This document shows positions 39,114 to 52,823 of a stretch of DNA of 64,000 nt, piece by piece (the stretch's first letter is position 1; every line of letters begins with the position of its first letter). Origin of the DNA: Lytechinus pictus (taxonomy: Eukaryota); NCBI RefSeq assembly GCF_037042905.1, contig NC_087252.1, positions 17,734,001 to 17,798,000 of the forward strand. The letters are read 5' to 3'. The position numbers and the translations under genes were made by a program. The notes beneath the pieces are model-generated. The model was not told where the DNA came from. It ran no database searches and saw only the letters and a program-made list of their open reading frames with translations.

Positions 39114-42101
39114 GAATATGATGTCCGAAGTGTTTAAGAGTCAAATCTCTTTTTGCTAATAAAAAAATATTTAATTCACTAGTTTCAACATTAATCTTGG
39201 TAGTCCATTACTGTCCAAATTAAGAAATTTTATTCTTTCCATTCGACAAAAAAAAAATCACGTATACAATAGTTAAATACAAGATTACATGATGTTCAAC
39301 GATAAAAAAATAATGGTATTACATACAATGGAAAGTAACACAATTAGATTTGAGACGCTGCAAAAGTTTAACCCCCCCCCCAAAAAAAAAAAAAAAAAAA
39401 AAATAATAATAATAATAGCTTCAACTGAAGAAGCTCTCTCCCATCCTGTGCCCAAACCGTGTCACATCTAGCATAGTTTCAGGCATGTCATGTTAGGGAC
39501 TTCGTAGATTCTATTATACTGTTCCAATATTTACCATTCTTAGAATAAAACAGATTGAGGGCCTTACTGAAATCTCCATTTTCAATAGAAATTATTTGAA
39601 CAAAAAAACTGTATAATTTTTTTTTTCTTTCCTTCAAAATATTATCATTTTACACACCATTTAATAGAAAGAAATATGTTCAAACATAAATACATGTATA
39701 TAACACCAAATAAATATTTAAAAGTAAACACCGTAGATTGCATTGGTTATTCAGAACAGATTCAAACCTACATTTCATAACCAATGTTTACTTTTTTGAT
39801 GAGGTAATCAATATTCTGTGACATAAACGACTGATGTTGACAACGAAACCAGTAATGAGTCTGGTAGCCTATAGTACAGATAAGACTTTTAAAATGTATG
39901 ATTTTGATTAAAAATGGGGATAATTAAAGTACTAGTCTATATTGATATTATGTATGTGCACGCAGGTTCGTATCTTGAGAATAAGCCAGGTACCTCCAGG
40001 GATTAGAAATAAGATAACAAAAATAAAGACCTACCCTCCCCCCAAAAAAAATCAAAAGCAATGATTAATCACAATAACAGTTTAATCTGATTTAAAAGAA
40101 TGAATCCACCAATATCAGATCAACAAGACCAAAAATTCGGATTTTAGACAATCCTGGCGAAAGTTTGCCCCTAACATGGCTTTTCATAGACCCAATATTG
40201 AGAGAGGTGAGTTGATAGACATAATACACGTGACGTGATAACGGTGAATTCTACACTGGAGAGTAAAATTTATTTTTAATCATTCTTTATCATTATGATT
40301 TGGCTTGTATGATAATATTAATTGTAATATAAGAAATTCATGCATATGATCAAGATTTACATTAACCGAATTTTTTAGGTTACTGGATTTTTTTTTTTGG
40401 GGGGGGGTGTTACATACCCTACTGGGATGATATGGTATGTTCATGATTTCGATGTATTTATCAGTTTGTTCATAATAATTTTCATTACATATTCCTTTTT
40501 CGATATTATCACTAGCATAAATATAAATCAATGAGCGATGAAAACAAACATACAAGTCAAATTCGATGTCAATACAAATAGAAATCATAAGAACCTCAGT
40601 TCAATTCATGTCATCGCGAATTGGGAATAACCTTCATCAAAATGTAAAAAGGAAATGTCCAATCATTTTGTTTAGAGCTGTAGAATGAAAGGACCAATAG
40701 TGATAAATAGGCCTACAATTATATACATATTCCGTTTTATTGTTAATAACATTTATTGAATTTCTTTACTGTTATACGCTGTATAATTGATTTCATCACA
40801 TATATTCGGTTAATTTGCCCAATCGAATGAGAACATCGTTTATCATGTAAAAATAAGTTGTTTTTTTTTAAGTGTATTGTTCATTCTTGATCACAAGTAA
40901 AACACGAGGTTGACTGAAGGTAGGCTACCGTGATGCATTTCACTTACCCTTGCTATTTCCGGAGTCATTTCGCCAAGCAAAAGTAGAATAAATCAGCAAT
41001 GCTAGTTGCATTGTATCTTCATGATCTTGTTTGATCTCATTTATCATTCAATCATGAAACTAATTTCTCGAATTCATTACCATTTGTAAAACGTTTCATT
41101 TAGACTAATGTATGGATAATAATGGAATACATTACCTGATAAACTTAAACAGTGCCCTTCCATCTATGTGTTTTTTATTACAAGTGGTGTTAATATCGTG
41201 TGTTTTTATTTTTGACCAATTGTTGTTTTTGTGTAGAGCTTTATATGACGTAATTATTATCATTATTAGCATTATTGACCGACGAAAAACAAGGCTTTTA
41301 ATGAAACTTAGACAATCATAAAGCAATTAATTTCAATCCAAACGATTTTCATGAAAAAAATATACTGAGAGAGCGAACGATGAGCAGACGTGGAAATAGG
41401 AAAATAAAATGGATTGTAAGGCACGAGATGTATGGTCATAGTTAGATAGGTAAAGCATGCATCGGAAAGGTAATAAGGCTTCACAAAGCAAAGAACAGGA
41501 GAAACAAACAAAAAATATGAGGAATCAAAGACAGATGGATGAAAGGAGGGGAAAAAGAAAAAAGGGTTACAAAATTGTTACCAATCTATTGTATAAAGTA
41601 CTTTACAGGTGTATGGTCACATATTACGTCTTACCAAAATGAGGTTATCATTTATTTGTTATGTGTTTAAAATGCTATTACTTAGTTTTGATGTTTAAGT
41701 GTAATATGCTTAAAGTTCAAGCTCTCTTTCATAATTGGCGGAATGACCCATTCTTTGAACTGTAAATGTAAAAGTATTATGCTTGAGATTATGGGGTAAC
41801 TCAAGGTGGTAATCGTGGTATAAATGGTGGAGTTCATTATTTACTCGAAATATATTGCTTAAATTGTTGGGTAGTTTTTCAACTGATACTGATTCAACTT
41901 ATAAATGTAATATTTTTTTTAAGTGTTGAGAAAGAACAAACCTTCTGGTACTGATGATATACACGAGTTTCAATTCGCATGTCGTCTGTTTTCAAAATAA
42001 CAGCGTTCTATAGTTCTACACGATATGCCGTGGTGTTTCACAATGATAGAATTTCGGTTCAACTCGGGAAGAAAAAAATAGGTTACATAGTAATGACTTA
42101 A

Positions 42102-42551
42102 AGGGAAATTCGCCATGACAAAAAGTTGATGTAAAAATAGCAGAAAAAATGACAAAAAAATATTAACGAAGGTTTGAGGGAATTCCATCAAAGTAAAAAG
42201 GTTATCAAATGATTTGATTTGTGACGTCATATGCGAGCCGAGCAGGTTTCCTTCATATAGTATGGTAAAACTGAAAGAATTGTCGTTTTCTAAGAAAATT
42301 ATAAATGTTTTTATTGTACCTTCAGTATGTCAATACACAAATAATTTCACACGTCCTCCTAAAAAGGAAATTAAAAATAAGTAATCACGAACCAACATAT
42401 GGGGCGGCTGCTCGTTTTTGACGTCATAAATCCAAATTCTAATAACTTTTTTTGTATTGAATGGATTTTCCTTAAACTTTCACCCCTTTTTTCCGTTCTG
42501 CTATTTTATTTTACAACAAACCTTTCTATACATGTAGGCTGAACTTTCCTT
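42102..42551. mobile_element. Kolobok-type MITE, unit 2 only
   Basis: TTAA|agggaaattc ... gaactttcctt|TTAA. Absent at ~9375. Confidence 0.75.
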
Positions 42552-43299
42552 TTAAGGGTTTCTAGATATAACCTTACATATATATGGGAGAATAACAAAA
42601 ATGATTTTCTTGGAGTGGACCTAACCCCTTTTGCAAACTCTTCTGAAGAGCTCATTTGTCAAAATGGGTTAGATCAATTGTTCATAAATTTTATTTTCTG
42701 TTTCAACAATTTTCAAAACCCATTGATTTTTAGTCGCTCTGATTATGGACCTATTCATGCTCTGATGATACCAAAGAAAATTTGAAATTCACATTAAAAC
42801 GTGAATAAAAGTAGCAAAGAAATCACTTTTTTATTCAAAGGAAATTTGATTTATTTCACATTACTTGCAGTTCACTTGTTAGGTCCACAAATATAATTTT
42901 TTGGGGAAAAAATATATGTATAAAAATTGGAGACAGGTTGATTTTGATACACCCAATTTTATGTTTATATCGTAGTACTTAATGACAACTTAGTTTCTCA
43001 TAAGAATATTGCAGTAAGTGAAAAAAAAAAACCTTTTGCAACACATCTTCACATTTATACCAATCTTATAGAGGGAAAAGAATGGAGCCCTGTGGAAGTC
43101 TAGAATTGATATTTCCTTGTTCTGAAATGTGATCTTTAATAAATACGTATGTTTGTAAACCACTTTTGTTAGATAAAAACGATTTGTTCCTTCTTACAAA
43201 GTTTACATCTTCATTCATTTTACAAAGTGAATCTGGAACGAAAGATGAGGATTGATTATTCATTTGGTCGAAGTAATGTTATGCCAAGATGATGAACGT

Positions 43300-44020
43300 G
43301 CGTGATTTTCAGAGTTATGTATGTATATGGATGTGGATGGTGGACATGGAAATGGTTGTGATAATTGTGAGCTTGGAGACGATGGTTATGATGGCGACCA
43401 TGCAGAAGGTCTTTGACTTGATGGCAAGAGTTGCAATAATGGTAGTAATGATAACATGGATAATGACTATGGAGATGCTAGTGATGCTGTTGATGGTGGT
43501 GGTGATGATTATAATAATGATGGTGATGGAGATGATATTACGATGTCTGTGATGATGACAGGAATGAGGATGGAGATAATAATGAAGATGATGTTCATGT
43601 TCGTGATAGTAATGATTGTGATGGGGATAAGAACAATGATGGCGATGGAGATGATATGGAAGATGGTGTTGATGGTAATTGAAGTAATGATGGTGATTAA
43701 GATGATATTTAAGACTTTTGTGATGTTGACGATCATTATGATGGTAATGGATGATGGAGATGATAGTGAAGACGATGAAGACGTTGATTATGGTAATGGT
43801 GATGATAGTGAAATGACTAATGTTTATGGTTGTAATGATGGGGATGGATATGGTAGTAAAGATGATGGTGATGTTGATGATGGTAATGATGTTAACGGAG
43901 ATGATAGAGAACATTATAGTGATGTTAACTATAGTAATGTTTGTGATTGCAATGGCAGTCATCATGTGATAAAGAAAGATATGGTGGTGAGAATGGTGTA
44001 GTGTTGGTGACAACAGAAAA
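43300..44020. repeat. Degenerate (GAT/GGT)n low-complexity tract
   Basis: Trinucleotide-rich sequence that produces spurious M/V/D/H-rich ORFs. Confidence 0.85.
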
Positions 44021-44027
44021 TTCACAA

Positions 44028-44626
44028 CAAGTCTACCCCAACAAAAAGTTGATTTGAATAAAAAGAGAAAAATCCAACAAGCACAACACTGAAAATTTCA
44101 TCAAAATCGGATGTAAAATAAGAAAGTTATGACATTTTAAAGTTTCGCTTAATTTCACAACACAGTTCTATACACATCCTGGTCGGTATGCAAATAAGGG
44201 GACTGATGACATTACTCACTCACTATTTATTTTGGATTTAATTATTTATTTCCATTTTCTCCTCATTGTCCTTGAAACAAAATTTCATTCCTCCCTGATC
44301 CTGATTATGTGGAATTACCATCGCCTTAACATTTTATGGTTCAATCAAGTTGGTCCTTATTATCAAATCTGTAAAAATTGAAATATTCTATATTTCAAAC
44401 AATACAAAACAAAAGAAATAGTGAGTGAGGGACATCGTCGACTCTCTCATTTGCATGTCATTGAGTTGTGCATATAACTGTTTTTTTTTTTTGAAAAATA
44501 AGCGACATTTAAAAATGTCATAACGTCCTTATTTTACATCCGATTTTGATGAAATTTTCAGCATTATGCTTGTTTGATTTTTCTTTATTTAATAAAATAA
44601 AAAAAAATCTGAGGTGGACTTGACCT
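44028..44626. mobile_element. Tsp-like MITE
   Basis: caagtctaccccaacaaaaagttgatttgaataaaaagag ... ggtggacttgacct. Homologous to 27297-27850. Confidence 0.85.
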
Positions 44627-44669
44627 TAAACTAGTATTGTTCAAGTTTGGGCTTTGTACCGTTTGGTTA

Positions 44670-44900
44670 AAATGTGTTAATTTAACACCAGCCCGGAATC
44701 TATATATGTCCACACCTGAGAAGTATTGAAACAACACCATCAAACCGATGCTGTTTTAATACTAATTGATGTTGTTTAAACACCTACCCGGTGTTAGACC
44801 AAAACGAAACTGGTGTTGTTTGATACAATACTTATTTGGTGTGGACATATATAGATGCCGGTCTGGTGTTGAATCAACACCATATATTTTTGCAATGTAG
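44670..44900. mobile_element. MITE remnant
   Basis: Inverted aacaccagcccggaatctatatatgtccacacc / ggtgtggacatatatagatgccggtctggtgtt. Confidence 0.7.
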
Positions 44901-45820
44901 TTACAGTATATTTTGTGCAGGCAGTTGACTGCAATGGATTAGATTGAGAGAATGATCTTAGAAGCTACCAAAATGTGGCGTCAAGTTAGACGCATTTTAG
45001 TAAATTTATCAAGATGTGTCGTGTTTTGGTTACGGGATATTTTGGCAAATGCACTTTTTGGTAAATTATCGAAATGTGCAGTTACCAAAATGTGTTGTAA
45101 CATAGTTAACGGCATATTTTGGCAACTGCACATTTCATAATTTAGCAACATAATGTGCCTTAACAAAAGGGAATTATGGGACACCCACGGCACACCATTA
45201 TCTTCGTCCATGGTTAAGCGCACAACGAATGAAAACGCTAAACAACATCCACTGCGAATATAAAAAAAACCGGGGAAAAAATGCATGAGGAAGTAAGTCA
45301 AAATTGATATTAGAGCGTGAAGGCAACATTTCAAAGGGAGTGGCTGAGTCCCGACTGTTTTGACGTAGGCAACTTCCAATGTAAGACACCGACTAGGGAA
45401 GATTAGATCGAGAATCTTATGAAGATATTGACGACACTCGGCAATACTCAGGCCAAACCTGCCTTTTCCTCTGCGGCGTTGAGATCATGAACGAGGAAGG
45501 GGTCCTGGAATTGATTTGGCGCCGTTTCTTACATCGACTACCTACACGTTTCTCTCTTTTGAACTGACTACTGGACGGTGCTCGGCTTCCAACTCGCGCA
45601 GAAAATAGCAAAATTGCAAAATTGGTAAGTTCGCAATCTATCACATCAGAAATGAAATTTTTCATGCAAGGGGATGCATATGATTTATAATTTCTGAGAA
45701 AGAGAGTAATTCCAAAATAGAAATAAATGGAAATATCACCCAAAAAAAAAGGTTGAGATTGTTGGGACAGTCAGAAAAGATAAAGCTAAGATAATTGTAA
45801 AAAATATCCATGGTGACCGT

Positions 45821-46094
45821 CAGTCGCGAACAGATGGGGACCTAGGGGGCACTCCCCCCCCCCCCCATCCGCTTAATAATAATAAAAAATCCGACGACCA
45901 TGGAAAACGAGAAAATGAGACAGAAAAGTTGAAATATTATATTATTTTCTAAATATAACGTCAAAGTCTATCACAAAATTTGACCTTTATAATAAAAATG
46001 TCGAAATTCTTGCTCGCTTGTAACTTTTTTTTTTAGATTTTGCCCGATACGCCATATCTCGCCCCCTAAAAACTTATGGTTCATTACGCGAGTG
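45821..46094. mobile_element. Degenerate hAT-type MITE
   Basis: cagtcgcg ... cgcgagtg ends. 6/8 TSD gtgaccgt / gtggctgt. Confidence 0.55.
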
Positions 46095-46930
46095 GTGGCT
46101 GTGATATTACCACATTATGATTTATCTAGTAAATATCCAATCTCTCAATGTTTCTTTCCCAGATATAAACCTTTTACTTTACAATAATAATCATGCGCTA
46201 TCATGCTACCATACTACAAGGGTTCTGTGAAAGGTTAATTTCTATTCATCTTACATACGATATTTGATTTACGATTCTACACACCTTTAAAACATATATC
46301 TTTTAACTGTATCCTTATGTACATGTGATTGCATTGGTTGGCATTGATAGCGAATGTTCATCCTATTCAATATCTGCATGTCTTGTATGCAACTTTTGTG
46401 CAACTCCATGTTACACTAGTCTGTTGTGCTTGTTATCTTTAACCAATACTTGTTCATGTACATCTTGTTCAATAAATGTGTGTTTTTTGCGCACGCAACC
46501 TATGTTGAAATCAATGCTAGGGACACCATTTATTGACAACAATAATGACAAGGCATCTCTTTTAACATAACTCTCTTAAAGCGAAAACATAATAAACGGG
46601 TGTGCTTTTGGTAACTTCTTGCACCCATTTTAATTGCTCCAGATCTACTCTTGCAGCAAAGTTTAAATATTTTACGTTTTATTTTTCAAAATGATATTCA
46701 TTACTTTCGCATTGCAGTAGATTTATCAGTCTGCTGCTTCAATGCATTTTAGTGATGATTGGAAATTTTGAATACATTACCAGCAGCATATCTCATATAT
46801 CGTGGAATCAGGGGTGGAGTTGGGCTTCAATCCATTCTGAATTAGGCATACCATTAATGAAATCATAGTTTTAATGACTGACACTTTTTACGCGACCCGT
46901 GATACGTCGCTATCAAGATCAGGTATGTTT

Positions 46931-47109
46931 GGAGTTATACCTTGGTCACATTTGCTCTATGGCGGCAGTACGGCAAGTCGAAAACAGCCGTTTTAACATG
47001 TTTTTTGTAGCAACTACATATCGGTGGTTTGAATTAAATTTAATACAACGGCTGTTTTCGACTTGCCGTACAGCCGCCGTAGAGCAAATATGACCAAGGT
47101 ATAAACTCC
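46931..47109. mobile_element. Palindromic MITE
   Basis: About 60-bp inverted arms taccttggtcacatttgctcta...gtcgaaaacagccgtt. Confidence 0.85.
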
Positions 47110-47955
47110 GAGTCCAAGAGCCCAACGAGACATATATGGAATATATTTTCTTACAAAGTCTAAGAAAAATCTTACCCGAAATTTAGCCATGGAATGAATT
47201 TTGCTTCTTTTTCTACTTGTGGACTTCCATTTCAATCTCTCGTCTGAAATTAATTCATATTCATAATCTCGAAATGTCAATACATTTCTGAGCATTCCTC
47301 TCAATGTACGTACCCACACGAATGTCATGTCACAAAAATGCACTCGTAAACAATACCCTTACCAATGCTCTTTTTTATTGTGAGTTAGGTGCATTAATGT
47401 GTTCATCTGCCTTTCTGTGAGGATGTGTTGGAGGAGTGTTTGTGTGTCTGTGTTTGGGTGAGAGTGAGGGTGTGTATTTTTGTACACATGTTTTATCGAT
47501 AATGATACACATGTTGAAGAATCTTTTGTATGTATATAGCATTTTGTAGACCACGCAAATAATGTATTAAAAACAACAAAAAACAACACCTGTTTACTTA
47601 TACCGGTAATTGGCACGACTATTTAAACTTCAATGGTTGAAATAAAAAGTACAATATATTCATATGTATGACTTTTATATAATGAATACTATCCATAACT
47701 CAATGAAAGAGGAGCGCACACACAAACTGGTTGTCTTAAAGGTCACCTCTACCTCAACAGCAAGTTGACAACACTAAACAGAAAGAAAACATCTAATAAA
47801 GTGAGATTATAAGTGAAACATTAATTGCATTCAAATATATTGCTCGCTTAAAAAAAAAACAATTATGCACAATTTATTTTAAAAATTGATGGCCGACTAG
47901 CAAACGGACTTAATAGTTTTGAACTTCATTGAATACACGAAGAGGGTAGGTACTT

Positions 47956-48204
47956 AATAATAAATAATAAATAATAACGTTTTATTTACCCAGGGTAGCC
48001 ACTTCAATCATAAGACTGCTCTTCCAGCGGGCCCTGCATAACATTATATGTTATTATTACCCTTCTCCAGTCTAAATGCTGAACGCCAAGCAAGAAGGCA
48101 GAAGGTCCCATTTTTATAAGTCTTTGGTATGACTCGGCCGGGGATCGAACCCACGACCTCCCGTTCATGAGGCGGACGCTCTACCACTGAGCCACCATGC
48201 CCGG
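47956..48204 (-). mobile_element. tRNA-derived SINE, apparently full length
   Basis: Minus strand has an A box TGGCTCAGTGG, a B box GGTTCGATCCC, a non-tRNA body and an aataaa plus (tta)n tail. Flanked by the direct repeat ggtactt. Confidence 0.9.
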
Positions 48205-49059
48205 TACTTGACAAATAAAATAATACAAGTGCGCAGCGCCAGCTGAAAATGTTGGTTATTATACGATATAGATATATAAATAGCTTATATACAAATAAGT
48301 TGAATATATATTTACAAACAGTAACAAAATAAATTTCATTTAACAGTGCAATGAAGATTTAAATGTCATAACTTTGATAAACTTCATTTGGCGTTTACAT
48401 ACAAGAATATGTGAGACAGCGTTGCTTCTAACCCTGTTATTTACAGTTTGCATCTTAAAACAAACGACATAATTCAAATTAAAGAAAAATCAATTAAAAA
48501 AATTCAAGTCCAAATCAATAGAATGGCTGGTTCTTCAAATACCTCTGCACATAATATCAGATATCTCTCTCTCGTATACAAAGAATCTGAATAGTATAAG
48601 TATGCATACATTGCAACCAGTAGAACGAATGTTTTAGTAGATCGTATAAATAATAACACTGCTAAGCATTTTAAACCTTAACCATATTCTTCAACACTAT
48701 TTGCAATCAAAAGCTTAGGAATCAGTCCGCTGAAAATGGATAATAAGATAATAGGAAAAAGGAATGATCACAATTTCATCTGGCACGGCGTATAATTTGT
48801 TTGCGAAGCAACACTGCACTTTGCACAATGCGACCTTCGTAGTACACAGGGGTTCATGAACACGTGATATTGCAATGATCAATGACATCGACGGGAATCC
48901 CCCCCCCCCCCCAAAAAAAAAAGGGGGAAAAAAGGGCGCTGTGATGATCAACCATTATGTTCGTCGATTTGTAGAAATAGGCAAACATTTTTAATCATCT
49001 GAGGCTTTGATGAAAGCCCCAAGATGAATAAATAATATTGATAAAACGGCGATTGTGGG

Positions 49060-49316
49060 CATTGGCAGCGGAAGCCAAAAAATTTAGGAGGGGTCTACTT
49101 GAAGTTTTGGGATGGAAAGAGGTAAAAAATTTGACAAGCGAAAAAAAAAAAAAAAAAGGTTATCAACCAATAAATTTAGGGGGAGACCACCAAAACCAAA
49201 ATTTGTTGACAAGCAAGAAAAAGGATATCAACAAAAACTTTAGGGGGGAATGTCCCCCCACCTTAATTTAAGGGGGGACAGGAACACCCCGTCCACCCCC
49301 GCTTCCGCCGCCTATG
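49060..49316. mobile_element. hAT-type MITE
   Basis: TIR cattggcagcggaagc / gcttccgccgcctatg. Perfect 8-bp TSD attgtggg. Confidence 0.9.
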
Positions 49317-50124
49317 ATTGTGGGTACATACACGTGTGATACTTAATTCTCATATTAAATACGCCTGCAATCCTTGCTTAAAATCCAAGTGACTGATATA
49401 TTCCCTAATGAATAGAGCACAGTGTCCCATATTGTGGTAGCAGTGCTGAACTCAATGTGAAGATACTTTTTCACACTTTTACATTTGAGCATTTAATCAG
49501 TGTTAATCACATAGTCGACCATGTGAGCTGGATGTGAACCGTGACCCTGTCGAGGTGTCCAGAGTGTGAAAATACCTTCACATTGTTGATTATGAGCATT
49601 TTGAAATCATATAATAATAAACTGGCAGGCCGACTTATTAGTCCCTAACTATCATCATGATAGAGAGGGACACGTTTCAATTTCTGTTGTCTAAATAGTT
49701 CCAGATGACTCGTCCTTCGTAATAACATCTAATAACATTTCTATAAAAAAATCTACATATATTTCGGAGATAAAATTCGTTGATATTTCTTATTGAATAC
49801 CTATTTGTAATACTATTAGGAGGTTAAATGTTATAAGTATTCATATAGGGTTCCTTTGGATTAAGAAATCAAGAAACAAGTAAGAAAATAGCCATGTAAA
49901 TCATAAATAATAATAAAAAAATTAAGCTTCCGAAACAATGGGTCAGTATGGGAAATATATGTTTAATTAGTGATTATTTTTTTGCCAGTTAATTGTAATT
50001 AGGCCCGTGTAACCTCCATGCACCGCTAGAGCGCCCACATACATTGTATACAAGGCATGCACAGCACTGGCGTGCACCGTACCGTATGTACACTCTAAAA
50101 ATGAAGTGCTAATTTAGCACTTAA

Positions 50125-50652
50125 ATAAAAAGAGCAAAATCCAACAAGCATAACACTGAAAATTTCATCAGAGTCGGATGTAAAATAAGAAAATTAATGA
50201 CATTTTAAAGTTATGCTTAATTTCCCAAAACAGTTATATGCACATCCTGGTCAGTAGGCAAATGAAGAGACTGGTGGCGTCATCCACTTTTCCAATTTTT
50301 GTCCTTGTTGCCAAGTGAAAAATGGTAAATTCCTCCATGAACAGTTTGAATTAGCATTGTTTAATACTATATGGTTCAGTCAAGTTGGTCCTTATTGTCA
50401 AAACTGTAAAAAATGAAATATTGGATAATTCAAACAATAAAAAAACAAAAGAAATAGTGAGTGAAGGACATCATCGACTGTCTCATTTGCATGTCACTGA
50501 GTTGTGCATATAATTGTTTTGTAAAATATGTGAAACTTTAAACTGTAACATTTGTATTTTACTTTCGATTTTGATGAAAGTATTAGCGCTACGCTAGTTC
50601 GATTTTTCTCGTTTTATTCAAAGCAACATTTATCTGGGGTGGACTTGACCTA
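50125..50652. mobile_element. Tsp-like MITE, left end truncated
   Basis: Homologous to 44055-44626 and ends ggggtggacttgacct. Confidence 0.8.
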
Positions 50653-52289
50653 TAATGGGCTTGTATACGTGACTGCACTTCGAGTGCTGATTTTCTAGTT
50701 CAAATTTGAATGACTAAATCAGCACTCAAAGTGCAGTTACTATACAAGCCCATTAACATGATTAAGTACCGCGATCCCGTTCCGTACGGTAGACCCCATG
50801 TTTTCACACCGCCCAGTATATTTAGTTCCCAAGACCCCTTATTTTACCCATGTGGTCAGTTCCTTAGACCCCAATTTCAGAGTTTCTTGAGGCACACCCC
50901 ATCAAAAAGTAATTTAAGTGCCACCCCCCGTGTAAAATATTATTTTTGCTATAAATAAGATGATATGTTAGACAAGGCAAGATCATTGTCTTATAGTGCT
51001 AATTATGGTGACGAGATGAATTTCAAGTCTACTCGTACTCATTAACGCAGCAGTACATGCAAATCCTAACACAAAAAAAAATTGAAAGACGTTTCCTTGT
51101 TTATTGTTTTTGTTATTGATAGGAAACCTATATCCCCATTATTGTTATTTTCTTAAATGATATAATTACTTTTTGTTTTCAAGATTCATCAATAATTTAT
51201 TGGCAAGATATAAGAAATGTACTTCAGTGAGTACTCTTACGCACGTTTTGGCATTAAAAATACACTTTGACAAACCATACCTTACCTTTCCAATACACCA
51301 TTTTCCAAGAAAAAAAAAATCTGCATATATTTTGGGTAAAAAAGTGGACACAGGAATCCGCATCTAAACGTATATATACCTATCGTCCGCATCTTTTCCC
51401 GTAGGTATATACATGTAATAAAACAAATTGGCGATGGGATGGGATCCGCGGAGATCCGCAGAAAAATTTACTTTTTTGGGACGCAACGGTGGACGCCGAG
51501 CACTGTGTGACTGAGGCTTTAGGTACATAAACAGGATTATAAGACGCAAACGTCCTGGTCAAGCAAACGCTCAAGCTGCTATGACGAAGCTTTAAAAAAA
51601 GCAAATGTTTAAAAGAACAAGCAAAATTTACGCTCTATGAATACGCTTTTTAGCAACAGCTTATTTGTGAAAAAATATCAACTTATAATTACTTGTTAAA
51701 AATTATTTGTGAGTACATTTTGACCTTTGAAAGAGCAAACAGCCCCCTTATTTTTTCATTATATTTTTGTATTAGATGTATCAATGAGTTCACGGGTATT
51801 TGGTTCCTTGTTTCGATCTCATATTAGAGAATTCGAGAGAAGACGACGACTGCCTAAGGTCTATCACCCAAAACCAAATGCAGATGTTACCAAACTTCTT
51901 GATATGCTAGAGGCAGATCACCAGGAAGATTGAGTGAGTACTTTAAAATCTATATAGAAAATAAAGTTTACCCCAACATAAAAATCCAGCGAACTCAGCA
52001 CGGAAAATGTCATCAAAATTGGGGGTGAATAAGAAAGCTATGTGCATTTTTAATTTTGGGCTTAATTTCACAAAACAGTTAAATGAACATCCAGGTCGGT
52101 ATGAAAATTATGGGACTGATTACGTCACCCACTCACAATTTCTTTCGTGATTCATTATATGAAAAAGGAAATTTCTTTTATTTTCCTCATTGTGAAACAA
52201 AGAGGAAAATAAATATGTCGGATCCCTCGGACGTCCGCATACTCGCTATAACCTTCGCCCTCGCACCGAAAAATAAACAAGAATACTTG

Positions 52290-52700
52290 AGTGAAAGGTC
52301 AGATTTTTATAAAAATGAATGGCAGAGTTCATGGGAAAACACGGAAAAAGGCAGGCACCTTTTTAACATACAACCAGAGGTGAAATATAAATGTATTATA
52401 ACAGGTTTTTGCAGTAAAGATGAACGAATATTGCATCAATTCCGTCTTGGTAAATGCAGATTAAATTATTATAATTATATAATGAAAAAACACGATACAG
52501 GACTTTGTAATAATTGTCAAACACATGAAACCATTGAGCATTTCATGTTATTTTGTCCTTTATATGCCAGACAAAGGGATAGACTTTATCGCAAATTGAA
52601 AGTTACGAACCCGAACCTAAAGACATTATTCGCCAAAGAAGAAAATTTTCCGGCCATTTTAGCCTTTATAAAAGGCAGCGGAAAATATAACCAACTGTAG
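52290..52700 (+). mobile_element. 3' end of ORF2 of an I/Nimb-like LINE; the 3' UTR continues at 52701-52823 and 56829-56905 (A-rich tail)
   Basis: WQSSW..TEKGRHLF.IQP...CNNCQTHETIEHFMLFCPLY is the C-terminal CCHC region of non-LTR ORF2. The clade assignment is inference. Confidence 0.8.
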
Positions 52701-52823
52701 AGAATATATAAACATACATATATGTGCATGTACTAATACATGTGAATACCTATATATGAGGCTGGTTACTATTTTGTTGTTATGTGTATATATTCAGGCT
52801 TATTTTTAGGCGATTTTGTAGTA

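Noticed and set aside
43066..43263. ORF ending LPQGSILFPL
   Set aside because: At most a tiny, heavily decayed LINE RT relic, too short to delimit.
43289..44025. His/Ile/Met/Asp-rich ORFs up to 236 aa
   Set aside because: Degenerate (GAT)n microsatellite.
48130..48204. Functional tRNA-Met gene
   Set aside because: The acceptor stem is not convincing, and the sequence continues into a SINE body, tail and direct repeat.
52083..52700. 205-aa host gene
   Set aside because: The N-terminal part is MITE sequence (also at 26830-26950) and the C-terminal part is LINE ORF2.
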